DNA of 33,112 nt from Chiloscyllium plagiosum (lineage: Eukaryota), in contig NC_057759.1 of NCBI RefSeq assembly GCF_004010195.1, positions 7,519,345-7,552,456 on the forward strand, in the 5' to 3' direction. The notes under the pieces are model-generated. The model saw nothing but the letters and a program-made list of their open reading frames with translations, had not been told where the DNA came from and ran no database searches. The position numbers were made by a program, and so were the translations under genes. How positions within the stretch are numbered: position 1 is the stretch's first letter; each line of letters starts with the position of its first letter. Of this stretch, positions 1 through 10,909 are shown in pieces.

Positions 1-1408
1 TATGATCATGGCTGATCATTCTTAATCAGTATCCTGTTCCTGCCTTATCTCCATAACCCTTGATTTCACTATCTTTGAGAGCTCTATCCAACTCTTTCTT
101 AAATGAATCCAGAGAGTGGGCCTCCACTGCCCTCTGGGGCAAGGTATTCCACACAGCCACCACTCTCTGGGTGAAGATGTTTTTCCTCATCTCTGTCCTA
201 AATGGTCTACCCTGTATTTTTAAGCTGTGTCCTCTGGTTCGGTACTCACCCATCAGTGGAAATATGTTTCCTACTGCCAGAGTGTCCAATCGTTTCATAA
301 TCTTATATGTCTCAATCAGATCCCCTCTCAATCTTCGAAACTCAGTCGCTTCAGTCTTTCAGTGTAAGGTAATGCTGCCATTCCAGGAATTGACCTCGTG
401 AATCTATGCTGCACTCCCTCAATAGCCAGAATGTCTTTTCTCAAATTTGGAGACCAGAACTGCACACCGTACTCCAGGTGTGGTCTCACCAGGGCACTAT
501 ACGGCTGCAGAAGCACCTCTTTGCTTCTGTACTCAATTCCTCTTGTTATGAAGGCCAGTATGCTATTAGCCTTCTTCACTACCTGCTGTCCCTATATTCT
601 TGCCTTCATTGACTGGTGTACAAGAACATCCAGATCTCTCTGTACTGCCCCTTTACATAAATTGATTCCATTGAGGTAGTAGTCTGCCTTCCTGTTCTTG
701 CTACCAAAGTGGATAACCATACATTTATCCACATTAAACTGCATCTGCCATGCATCTGACCACTCACCTAACCTGTCCAGGTCACCCTGTAATCTGCTAA
801 CATCCTCCTCACATTTCACCCTGCCACCCAGCTTAGTATCATCAGCAAATTTGCTAATGTTATTGCTGATACCATCTTCTATATCATTAACATCTATTGT
901 AAAAAGCTGTGGTTCCAGCACTGATCCCTGTGGTACCCCACTGGTCACCGCCTGCCATTCTGAAATGGAGCCGTTTATCACTACTCTTTGTTTCCTATCA
1001 ACCAAACAAATTTCAATCCAAATTAGTACTTTGCCTCCAATACCATACGCCCTAACTTTGCTCACTAACCTCCTATGTGGGACTTTCTCAAAAGCTTTCT
1101 GAAAGTCCAGGAACACTACATCTACTGGATCTCCCTCGTCCATCTTCAGAGTTACATCCTCAAAAAATTCCAGAAGATTAGTCAAGCATGATTTCCCCTT
1201 CATAAATCCATGCTGACTCTGACCTATCCTGTTACTTCTATCCAGATGGGTCGTAATTTCCTCCTTTATAATAGACTCCAGCATCTTTCCCACCACTGAG
1301 GTCAGACTAACTGGTCTATAATTTCCTGCTTTCTCTCGCCCACATTTCTTAAAAAGTGGTGCAACATTAGCCACCCTCCAATCCGCAGGAACTGACCCCG
1401 AATCTATC
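1..1408 (-). mobile_element. CR1-clade LINE, ORF2 reverse transcriptase and 3' end (decayed, runs off window)
   Basis: ORF 592-1410 has NYRPVSLTS, QHGF, LDFQKAF, GVPQGSVL and KFADDTKL. ORFs 328-579 and 26-331 give the CR1 C-terminus (RPHLEYGVQFWSP, RGDLIETYKI, RTRGHSLK). Confidence 0.95.
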
Positions 1409-1935
1409 AAATTGCAGATTGAAGCTTATTGTATTATGGTCACTGCTTCCCAAGGGCTCCTTCACTTCGAGGTCCCTGATCAATTCTGGTTCGTTGCACA
1501 ATACCAGATCCAGAATTGCCTTCTCCCTGGCTAATAGCATGCTTGTCTTCCTAACAAGAGGGATTAAGTATAGAAGCGAAGAGGTTCTTCTGCAGCTGTA
1601 CAGGGCTGTTCTAAGAATCCATCTCTGAGGCACTACACAAAGTCTCTTTCTTGAGGTCCAATACCATCTTGATTCTCCCAGTCTAGCTGCATGTTGAAAT
1701 CCCCCATAACAACTATAGTAATATCTTTGCGACAGGCCAATTTCAGCTCTTGATTCAACTTGCATCCGACATCCAGACTGCTGTTTGGAGGCCTGTAGAT
1801 AACTCCCAAGAGGGTCTTTTTACCCTGAGAATTTCTCAGCTCTATCCACACTGACTCTGCATTCCCTGATTCCAGTTCCCCCCGCTCAAGGGACTGAATA
1901 TCATCCCTTACCAACATGGCCACCCCACCCCCTCT
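1409..1935 (-). mobile_element. AP-endonuclease fragment of the same CR1 LINE, joined to the RT by an internal deletion and carrying a short inverted insert
   Basis: Translations GGGVAMLVR, ESVWIEL, GVIYRPPN, VMGDFN and ILDLVLCN...LGSSDHN are APE motifs. Plus-strand 1529-1605 encodes ANSMLVFLTRGIKYRSEEVLLQLY from the RT C-terminal region. Confidence 0.9.
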
Positions 1936-2510
1936 GCACAGCTTCACTGAAGTCACTAATCCTTGATTTCTTTTGACTGATGGGTCTTGATGGACGCTGA
2001 CCTTTCGGTTATCTGTCGCTCGTCACAGTTGCCTCATTTGAAAATGTTGGGGATGCCAGTGAGCTTGCATGTGAACCATCTGCTGGCTGTGGAGTGGCCC
2101 AAAATGAAAGGATTGGGAAGGAACTCTAGGATTTTGATGAAACAGGAGGAACCGCTGATACATTTTGGAAATCAGGATGGTGAGTGGATCAGAGAGGAAC
2201 TAGCAGAGTGGTGGAATTCCTCTGTATCTGCTGCCGTTCACTTTCTAAATGAAGGTGACCATCGAAATGGAAGGAGTTGCTCATTATACATCTGTTCATG
2301 CTTGGGCCGATGTTAGTTTGTCATTTGCTATGGATCCAAAATGTAAGATTCTGAAGGAGGCTAGTTTGGAGCCTACAGAGGCGACTGTGTTTCTGCTATT
2401 TATTGGAGTTTCATCCCCCTCCACTCCCCAAATTAGCGACAATATAATGCATACTGGGCACAATCTGTAATAAGACACGTGACACGACATGTGAGCAATG
2501 CAGTGAGGGC

Positions 2511-2516
2511 TTTATT
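2511..2516 (-). terminator. AATAAA polyadenylation signal of the beta-defensin-like gene
   Basis: Plus-strand TTTATT at 2511-2516, about 118 nt downstream of the defensin stop codon. Confidence 0.65.
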
Positions 2517-2633
2517 CACGATTCAATAGAAATGGAGGTTTTATGGGGATGTACACAGTCAAGAGGGAACAAATTACCGAGACAGCAATTAGCTTCAGCC
2601 ACAGCCTCGGATGCACTTTGGTTGGCCGCACGT

Positions 2634-2773
2634 TTACCCATCGGAGGTGAAATGTGAGAGAGGTTTGCAGCACTTGCCACGCAGGGGGCAGATCCCTTCC
2701 AATTCGACGGTACCCTCTGGACATTCTCCAGGCCAGCATCTTTCTCTAAGTGTTGAGCATTCGGGGACGATGT
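2634..2773 (-). CDS. Beta-defensin exon 2 (mature six-cysteine domain)
   Basis: Acceptor ctcctcatctttgctttccag|AC ATC GTC CCC GAA TGC...; encodes (H)IVPECSTLRERCWPGECPEGTVELEGICPLRGKCCKPLSHFTSDG*. Confidence 0.9.
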
Positions 2774-3464
2774 CTGGAAAGCAAAGATGAGGAGGTAATT
2801 GATGAAATGGTGAAATAATTCTAATCAGAAGGAAAACACCACAGATGGTTCGGAGCTAAAATGAGTTCCACACTCATTGGAAGTAACTGCACTGCTTCAC
2901 CAAATGCCGTGAGACTGGAGGGTGGACTTGCAGGACTGTAACCAGAATCACAATCCAGAACTAACAAGCTCATGTTCTGAGGACCTGTCTTCGACTCTCT
3001 CAATGGAAGGTGATGATGTTTGAATGACGTTCAAATTGTGAAATGCAAGTAGGAAATACCTACTCAACTCATATCCTTCAGGGAAATTAAACTGATATTC
3101 TTACCTTTTCTTTTTTACATCTGACTCCAGATTCACAGAAATGCGATTCACTTCTGAATGTCCTCTGGGGACATTAGGAAGGTGCAAAAAATATTAGCTT
3201 TGCCAGAGATGCGTCCATTCCATGGCCGATTTTTGTACATAGCGATTAATTCTTTTTAAGCATTTGTAAATCGAAACACGACAGATGAGAATGTAGTCTT
3301 CAGGGGACGAATCACATTCATCTGACCTTCTGAATGCTTCTAAAGGATGTTTGAGGAGACATGGACTCACGTTTAAAGGAAGGACGTGGTTGCACTCCTT
3401 CATCAGCAGTGCCCAGTTGCACTGTCACCAAGAATCCCAGAAGTAAGAACAGGGCAGTTCTCAT
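2634..3464 (-). CDS. Beta-defensin-like secreted peptide, two exons join(3464..3371,2773..2634), 77 aa: MRTALFLLLGFLVTVQLGTADEGVQPRPSFKHIVPECSTLRERCWPGECPEGTVELEGICPLRGKCCKPLSHFTSDG
   Basis: Manual splice and translation: GCCATG start, hydrophobic leader, phase-1 GTGAGT donor, 597-nt intron, polypyrimidine TTTCCAG acceptor, six-Cys motif C-x6-C-x4-C-x10-C-x5-CC with GxC before Cys4, TAA stop. 94+140=234 nt, in frame. Confidence 0.9.
2930..3223 (+). mobile_element. Diverged SINE inside the defensin intron
   Basis: Resembles from memory a common shark SINE (ccttcagggaa...tgactccaga...gtcctctgggg...gctttgccagagatgcgtccattcc). Family not assigned. Confidence 0.55.
3371..3464 (-). CDS. Beta-defensin exon 1 (signal peptide plus short pro-segment)
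   Basis: gcggccATG AGA ACT GCC CTG TTC TTA CTT CTG GGA TTC TTG GTG...TTT AAA C|gtgagt encodes MRTALFLLLGFLVTVQLGTA-DEGVQPRPSFK. Confidence 0.88.
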
Positions 3465-3487
3465 GGCCGCTGATTTCTTCTATCGGC

Positions 3488-3522
3488 ACTGTGAACTACC
3501 TGGAGAATGGGAACTCCTTATA
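3488..3522 (-). promoter_or_regulatory. Core promoter of the defensin gene: TATA-like box and initiator
   Basis: TATAAG at 3522-3517 and Inr-like TTCACAGT at about 3495-3488, ~30 nt downstream of the TATA box and ~28 nt before the ATG. Confidence 0.6.
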
Positions 3523-3969
3523 GGATAACACAAACTACATTGCTGTTAATACTTGCTAAAGCAAGGAACGATTCTGTGATGTGTATGAGAAAGGATCATT
3601 TCGCTCATCAGTGAATCATCTACTCAGGTTAAGGAGATTTGTTAGTGGAGAGACAGAAATGAATCATGATTAACCTGGTGAAAGTCAGCGGGAGCTCTCT
3701 GCAGTTACTCAGCTAAGTATAATCAAATAAGGAGGGCTAACATCCGGCCATCGTTCCAGAACTGATAATCTTAAAGTGTAACTTAAATGTTCTTCTTGTT
3801 CATTCAGTCGATATGGCTGATCAAAATGTATTGTACATCACAAATTATTCAGTGGGACTTTAAAATGACAAGCACATTGCAGTGAGTTTGCAATCCCATG
3901 TGCCTGGTTTCCTTCCCCGGAGGACATTGAGAAACTTATCATTGTGCACTCAGTCTTCTGCATATGATT

Positions 3970-4465
3970 ACATAATACCTAAGATGTATGATCACTGCTT
4001 TTTGGACAGGCAGCAGTGTATAACCTGCGTCGTTTGGACAACAATGCGTTGTCGTGGAGACATCGCAGTCATTAGTGTACAGGATATGTATTGTCGACAG
4101 CAATTCAATATTGAAAATATTGCAATATCTCAGTGAGGGATGACTGATACTTGGAACATCAGCATTGTTCTGCCTGTGAAATATGTAAGGACTGCAATAC
4201 CTACAATGAAGGACAATTAATGTTTGGACGCACAGCAGTGTGCAAGTTATATATTGTTAACAATACTGCAATGTCTACGCTATCTGATGACGGATACTTC
4301 GACACTCAGCAGTACAAATACCGTGTAATTTGCACAGAAACAAAACACAATATCTGCAGGACTAAAATGCCTACTATGCCTACTATATTTTCCCACTCTG
4401 CTGTGTGAAATCAGACAATGATGACAGCGAGGGATAACTGAAATTTGGACATTCAACTGTGTGCA
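3970..4465. repeat. Degenerate tandem repeat, period about 74 bp
   Basis: The motif caat..ct...gat.act...TTGGAC.c.cagcagt recurs with its TTGGA/TTCGA core at 4002, 4151, 4224, 4298 and 4445 (spacings 149, 73, 74, 147). Confidence 0.65.
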
Positions 4466-4971
4466 TTCTGGGTATTGAACACACGAGCGCACAAGGAGGC
4501 GTTGAATCCTATCTCGATTTATCTTGGAACAGCACACTGTTTGTTGAATTCTGCCAGACTGAATGGAGCCTTGTGGCCAGAGAGATCCGTGTTAAACTCA
4601 AAGTTTTAACAGACTAGTTATTTCCCACGAGACCATAATCTCCAAGCAATTGATTGCATCACCTTTATACGTTATGCAAGCATAATCACACTTTACACAG
4701 ACCAATCAAACTTATCTGCTTATCTCATGGTTATCAATATCTCATTACTGTCAGTAATTCTGGTTACATTACTTGCCTTACCATACTGTGTTCAGCCAAA
4801 GACTGCATCCAAACATTTGTCTCATTATAAGATGTGATTTCTTGGATAGAACGTTATTCTTTTGTCGTCAGCCGGTATCATGAACATTGTCTGACTCGTA
4901 GCTTCTTCCTTCTTTTCCAACTTTATATTGCCATTTGTCTTTGAGTATTTCTGTCCATAGCAGTGGTATAG

Positions 4972-5150
4972 TCCCCCATTCAGTTGGCAGGACGGTTGGT
5001 TTCTGATGCAGAGGAAGGCCAATAGCGCACGTTCAATTCCCCACACTGACAGAGGTCACTATGAAGGGCCCGGTTTCTCAACCTCACCTCCTCACCGGAG
5101 GAGTGGTGACCCTCAGGTTCAACCACTGTAATTGGTGGTTCTCTCATGAC
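4972..5150 (+). mobile_element. tRNA-derived SINE
   Basis: A-box-like tcagttgg and B-box gttcaattcc, followed by a tail resembling a shark SINE (gtggtgaccctcaggtt.aaccac...gcagctctatggt). Confidence 0.6.
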
Positions 5151-5289
5151 AAAGCAGCTCTATGGTTCTCTGGTACAAGAGCGACTTCATCCCATCACTT
5201 TCAGCATTTTAACATTATCATTTCATCTTACATTGTATTCCTTGATGCTCTGGTGAAATGCAGTCTCATTTTGTATCACTGTCAACATT

Positions 5290-5850
5290 TGTAACCCACT
5301 CTGCACATTCCTGCCCACTCCCTCATAATCCTTGACTCGTTGTTATCCATGAGTCTTACTGTCTGTGTCTCCGAAATATTCAATAACTCTGCCTCCAATC
5401 CTCTCTGAGAAGAGAGTTTCAAACAAAGTCTCACAATACTCTGAAAAAAGAAAATAAATCTTCTCATCACGGTAATAAAATGAAGTTAATATATAAAAGG
5501 AAAAAGGTGTAAAACGTGCCAGCTGGCTGTACTTTTAAACAACCCTGTGTGAAGGACGTGTTGCTGCAGCTGTACCAGTCTGACTGAGAACACATACGGA
5601 GAACTTTGTGTGAAGTGTGTTTGGTCTCCTTACCTGATGAAGGATACAGTTACATTGAAATCCCTGAAAATATCAATTAGATCAAGGGGGACTTGAGAAC
5701 AGCCAACGATTACTGGGAACGCGCCAGCTATGGCAATTTCCCATGAAAGATTGTGGAATTTCTTTGCAACTGAAATGTGCAATCTTTATCTCGTCTGATC
5801 AACGTGTGATTGCCAATGTCGATCGATATTGATGGCTCTTAAGTATCAGG
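5290..5850. mobile_element. Old CR1 LINE 3' fragments (minus ~5290-5470, plus ~5550-5850)
   Basis: Degenerate RRFIFFFQSIVRL and KDVLLQLY...VWSPYL.KD remnants resembling the LINE C-terminus at 26-579. Confidence 0.55.
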
Positions 5851-6294
5851 TCTGAGAAATTCGAAACGTTTAACAGTAAAAGTTGTAATTTTTGATGTGA
5901 CACAGGAGGAGAGGGAATTCAGGATACTTGGACGCAAGATTCTGAATTTCACTTAAACATTTGAGGTTGTCATTAAAAGAGAGCTATTTATAAAGGCATC
6001 TGTACATTTTAAGAATAGTTCATGTTAAAAATGCATCAAGTATATGTTGACCACAGAAAGCTTATGCACAATGGAACATGAAGGTGTCACGATCATGGGG
6101 TGGAATTGTATAAACACAGCCTGCTTTCCAGCTGGTAGATTTGGGTTCATTTGCATTCAACTTACAAGTTTCTCATACATCTCTAAACCGAGCGATAACA
6201 CGAGCACAGTATCACTGCAAAGCACGTAATAGCGGCTTTCTCTCAAATTGCACACACACATGTCGTTTGATCAAGGGAACTCTCAGGCGCTGTT

Positions 6295-6740
6295 AGAGTC
6301 AAAGTGCTGTACAGAATGGAAACGCACCCTTCAGTCCAACTTGTCTATGTCGGCAAGGGATCTTAAATTAACCTAGTCTCATTTGCCAGCAATTGGAGCA
6401 TATCCCTCGAAACCCTTCCTATTCAGACATCCATAGGGATGCTTTTTTTTTTGAGTGTTGTAATAATACAATATGTTCCTCTGGCAGTTCCTTCTATATG
6501 TACACCAGCCTCTGCATGATATAAAAAAAACATGACCTTAAACCTATGTCCTCTACATTTGGAAACACCAACCCAAGGAAAGGATCAGGGCTCTTCAACC
6601 AATCCGTGCTCCTCATGAATTTAGAAACTTCTTTGAGCTCACCAGTCTGCCTCCGAATCTCCAAAAAACATTAGCACCCGCCAGGTCAGCATCCTTTTGT
6701 CGCTCAAACTCTCCCACCCTGACAACATCAGGGCACGGTA
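6295..6740 (-). mobile_element. CR1 LINE 3' end
   Basis: Antisense match to the LINE 3' end at 24826-25150 (ggatatg..ccaa.tgctggcaaatg.gactag...gaaggg..cgtttcc). Confidence 0.75.
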
Positions 6741-6769
6741 TATTGGTGAGACCATACAAACGGCACGAC

Positions 6770-7500
6770 CACGGATAACTGGATACCATGCAGCAATGAC
6801 CACGTAAGTATGTTCTCTCCCAGTCGGTGAACACTTCAATGATCAAGGGCATTCAGCATCCAATCTTCTGGAAAGCGTCCTCCAAGACGGCCTTCGACAT
6901 GCACAACAACGTAGAATCACTGAGAAGGAAGGAAACCAAGTTCCATACGCAGGAAAACAGCCTCAGCCGTGGTATTGGGTACACATCACGCTCCTGCAAA
7001 CCTCATCATACCGTTCTGTCTTTGTAAAATCTTCCTTATCGTCCCATGTTAACTTCATCACCTTGGTAACGTGTTGTGATGTCTATACCTTCAATGGTTC
7101 GCACTGTTTTGGTTTACTTGCTGCTTTGGTTAGACCGTCGGCATGTGACTCTGATACCTATCATGTTGTTCCAGCCATTTGAGCGGTCTCCCGCACCACC
7201 TCTGCCTTAATTAATTGTATTGCAGTTAAGTTCCTTCACTTAGTACTCAAGTGTTGACACTTTACTCACACCGTCTGAAACATTTGATCAACTGCCGAGA
7301 CTTATTAGTTAGCCTATCACTACTCTAGTCACACCATTGGCATGATCTTTTGATCTCTCTGCCTATTGGTATTTCTTCCTATGAAATCCATACCTGCGTG
7401 ATTTTCTTCACTTCACCTGAGGAAGGGAAATACTTCAAAATCTTGCGATTTCAGACAAACCTGTTCAACTATCATCTCATGTCATTGATTTCTGATTCTT
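6770..7500 (+). mobile_element. Penelope-like element 3' fragment (GIY-YIG C-terminus and terminal repeat)
   Basis: SLPVGEHFNDQGHSASNL...VLQDGL is similar to 28600-28780. Decayed terminal motif cacctgaggaagg...aaacctgtt at ~7414-7470. Confidence 0.7.
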
Positions 7501-7820
7501 GCAGTATGCAAGTCCATGAATTCACACTAAATGGACCATGCAGGGTCCGTCTTCCGTGCTTTACGAAACAAGTAACAGGATAAGCTCAGCCCACGTGACA
7601 CTTGCATTCAATTCTCACTACTTCCATCAATACACACACCCTCGGGATGGTAATGAACAGCCCGGCTCGGTCTGTGGTTCGGTCTGAAATGCAAGTCCAC
7701 TCTGTTAGTTTGCTGGCATTTCCAAGTAAACAACCCGTTCTGTGAAACTGAATACAGCATGGTCGTGCGTAAATGCCAATCGTGTCGACAAACAGGTAAT
7801 CTCCACTCCTTTGCACCCAC

Positions 7821-8052
7821 CTGCAATTGTGACCCGAACAGGTCGGCTGTGTTTTGACTCCAAAGATCTTCCTTTGATGTTGATTGTCCTTCATGTCAAT
7901 TTCACTATGTTTCATTATCTGGCTGTCTTTGTAGAATTTGAAGATTTTCGGGTGATCATCTGCTGTCACTGTACAGGTTATGGTGACCCTCTCTGCTTTC
8001 ACACACACCCCACTTGACTAATTAAGTGATGTCATTGGTGATTTCAGAGGAT
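7821..8052 (-). pseudogene. Inactivated C2-type Ig-domain exon (paralog of 10910-11183)
   Basis: ctacag|ATCCT acceptor and GCAG|gtgggt phase-1 donor. Reads DPLKSPMTSLN*SSGVCVKAERVTITCTVTADDHPKIFKFYKDSQIMKHSEIDMKDN, then a 62-nt frameshifting deletion that removes the second Cys, then INIKGRSLESKHSRPVRVTIA. Confidence 0.85.
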
Positions 8053-8737
8053 CTGTAGTGATGAGATAAATGGTAAAGAACAATTATTCATATTATTTGT
8101 TTGTACTGCAGGGCGCCATAGGTATCATTCGCTGGGAAGATGTTTATGGTCCATAATTGATGCTTGATATGGAGGTGACAAGTGTTCTTCTTGAACCAAA
8201 TGAGCGCATGTCCTATAGTCAGGCCCACATCTGCATTGGGAATGATAAGTCTGTGACCCAGATGCAGTGATCTAAGGGCTGTAGCATTCATAGTGTTTTA
8301 AGAAAGACCGTTTCAAGCCACCTGGAAGAGACATGACTGATCCCTTTACATCAGATTCGTTAGATTTAGTTCCAATGTAGGACCAGGCCAGAACTCACCA
8401 ACCTTCTCCTATTACCCTCATTAAATTATTGTAAAGGGGTAGCCTTGGCTTCAGCAGTTCTATTTATTTGAAGACAGGTCTCAGGTGCTGTTTTCCAAAT
8501 TTCATCCGAACGATTCATCTCCAGGCTTTCATCAAGATATGCTTTATACTTACAACACAATGAAAGTACAAAACAAATGTGGAATTGGCACTGTTTTAAT
8601 TTTACTGAAATCCCGATCAAAATAACATGTCATTTAAAAACTAATCATCAACTGTGCCAATATATGCGGCATTCCATAAACTCACCCCTTGTATAAAATG
8701 CAACTCAGCAAATCAGGTTTCATGTTCGTGTGCTGTC

Positions 8738-9015
8738 CTTTCACTTGCACAGCAGAGAGACAGGGATGTCGAGCTACTAGCGTAAGCAAGCCTCTTGACT
8801 CAAACCTTCTTACAAAGTGAAACCAGAAGCCTTCATGGGTTTGTGTCAGTCCAGAAACGGCCACTCGTCATTCTTTGGTGTCATTCAAAATGAACATCCC
8901 CGGGAGAAATGTCCATTTGATGTCAGAAGGAGACATTTCATCATCACTATAGCGACATTTCAAGAGAAACACAATGGAACATCTCTCTCGAAAAGGGGCA
9001 CAACATTGACACGTT
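8738..9015 (-). pseudogene. Possible heavily decayed Ig-like exon
   Basis: tcctctag acceptor. Pieced translation IVFLLKCRYSDDEMSPSDIKWTF...KE*RVAVSGLTQTHEGFWF...AVQVKG has a B-strand Cys, a C-strand Trp and an E-F-strand-like pattern, but also a stop and no F-strand Cys. Confidence 0.3.
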
Positions 9016-9105
9016 CTAGAGGACGGAGTCAAACAGATACTACATCTTTCAGAATAAGTTTTCACTATTTCCTCCCAGTACGAGCATGTCTGAGCCCACC
9101 CACTT

Positions 9106-9430
9106 GGCAGCTTAGTGGCTCTGTGGTTAGCACTGCTGCCTCACTGCGCCAGGGACCTGTGTTCTTTTCCCGCCTCAGGCACCAATCTGTGTGGAGTTGC
9201 ACATTCTCCCCGCGTCTGTATGGGTTTCCCACGTTAGCTCTGGTTTCATACCACATTCGAAAGATGTGCAGGTCAGCTAAATTGAACATGCACTTCCAAT
9301 AATGTTAGATGCATTAGTCATGGGTAAGTATAGGGTAGGGGAATGGGTCTGGATGGGTTAATCTTCAGAGAGTTGGTGTGGACTTGTTGGGCCGACGGGC
9401 CTGTTTCCATACTGTATGGAATCTAATCTA
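9106..9430 (+). mobile_element. HE1-type V-SINE
   Basis: gtggttagcactgctgcctcac.gcgccagggacc head, tgtgtggagttgcacattctcccc V-domain, and gggcctgtttcc...atctaatcta tail. Confidence 0.9.
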
Positions 9431-10074
9431 CTCTAACCTCAAACTGCCATCAACGTTCATCTTTGTCCATGTAGTCTGATTCTCAAAACTGTAGCAAAGT
9501 GGAACTTGAAAGTACTTTGCTGTATGGAACGGGTGATAAAATACACCCTGATTGTTTTTTTCTCCCTGGCTTACTTCGGCCTATTTTGTATTCAATGGTC
9601 AAATAGTACAGGTGGAAGGAAACTTTCTATACCTTTCCACAATTCCACTATCCTGTTTCCTCCTAGCAAAAGACCATATGCTCCATTGTCGCTGAAAGGC
9701 GAGCGGGAACTCATTGCGGGCAATCTCTGAGAAACAGGATGGTACGTCTTTCTCTTATCAGGCACAGTCTTATCACAGTCTCCAGGACGGTGTTAAAAGG
9801 ATATTAAGCATTGCGTAATCAGTAACTTTACTACTTTCTGTCTATGTGAAGTGAGCTTATATTTCTCCATGCAGTGCCAAATATGCACGAAAATGACGCT
9901 TTATGGTTCTGGAACGTGTGGGAAAATGAACATTTTCCCCTGGTTGAATTCGGTCTTCTTTGCATTTAAAGGTTTAAAAATCCAATTGAAAGGGATTTCT
10001 TTTTTCTGTGTCAGAATCCTTCCTGATATTGAAATCTCAGACTTAAGTATGCTCGTTTAAAGCAGATATTTGTA

Positions 10075-10310
10075 GGAAACTATTGTCTAAAATAATTGTG
10101 AATCTGTAGAATTCTGTCTCCCAGAGGGTAGTTGATTTTGAATCGGTTGTATGTTACGGACTGAGACAGCCAGATTTGGAATCAGTAAAGTAATCCTGTG
10201 CGATGTTGAAAAAGTTTGATCGTCGTGTTGAGGTTTATCAAATCAGCCAATTCTCATTGAATAGCAGCACGGCCACGATGGGCTGAATGGCATTGCTTCA
10301 TATACTGTAC
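10075..10310 (+). mobile_element. Old CR1 LINE 3' fragment
   Basis: gtgaatctg.agaattct.t.ccccagag...atcagcca...attgaat.gc.gca.ggc..gatgggctgaatggc, a typical CR1 3' end. Confidence 0.6.
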
Positions 10311-10909
10311 CTGATGGTCTAAATGCTGTACCAGAACAACCACATATTGTCTACGCATATTTCCATAGAATTGGTTTCCCAGCTTCTGAATCAAGCATTC
10401 CTGGAAGCAACAAGTTACAATTTCATTGAAACTGGTATGATGTGATACCATGCACCACAGACGACAACACAATTGAAATCAGAATCAGGGTGAAACCGGA
10501 GGTAATGTGGGATTAATCACTTTCCTGTCAGGAAAAGATGATATCACAATCCGAATCTTCAAACCATGTTCCACTTCATTGTGCAACATAGTGAATTCGC
10601 ACTGAATGGACTTTTCAGGATGGTTAGGGTCATGCTCTACGAAACAAGTAACGGTGCAATCTCAGCGTGCCTTACGCCTGGGTACGATTCTCACTTATTT
10701 TTATTCAAAACGCAAACATTCGGTGAGGAGGAGACCAGCCAAGCAAATCTGGGCTCTGTCTGGAGGTCAGTTCTGAGATGTCAATCCACTCTGTTGTTTG
10801 GTCACTTCAAAGTAAACAAACCATTCCGTGACACCGAATGCAACATCAATTTTTGAAAGTACCAAAAGTGCACGTAACAAAGAGGTAACCTCTGTTCCCT
10901 GTCACCCAC

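Noticed and set aside
2296..2490. Minus-strand ORF LCPVCIILSLIWGVEGDETP... resembling a leader plus V-domain start
   Set aside because: Lies just past the defensin polyA signal, has no Ig Cys/Trp pattern and stops early; probably chance.
2512..2739. ORF with hydrophobic LWLKLIAVSVICSLLTVYI
   Set aside because: Alternative frame of defensin exon 2 and its 3' UTR.
4825..5046. ORF with GGLYHC, resembling an Ig F strand
   Set aside because: Largely the antisense of a SINE head at 4972-5050; no exon structure.
8398..8620. Two minus-strand donors (GTAAGT ~8552, GTGAGT ~8398) with short candidate exons
   Set aside because: Could not be joined into a consistent open frame.
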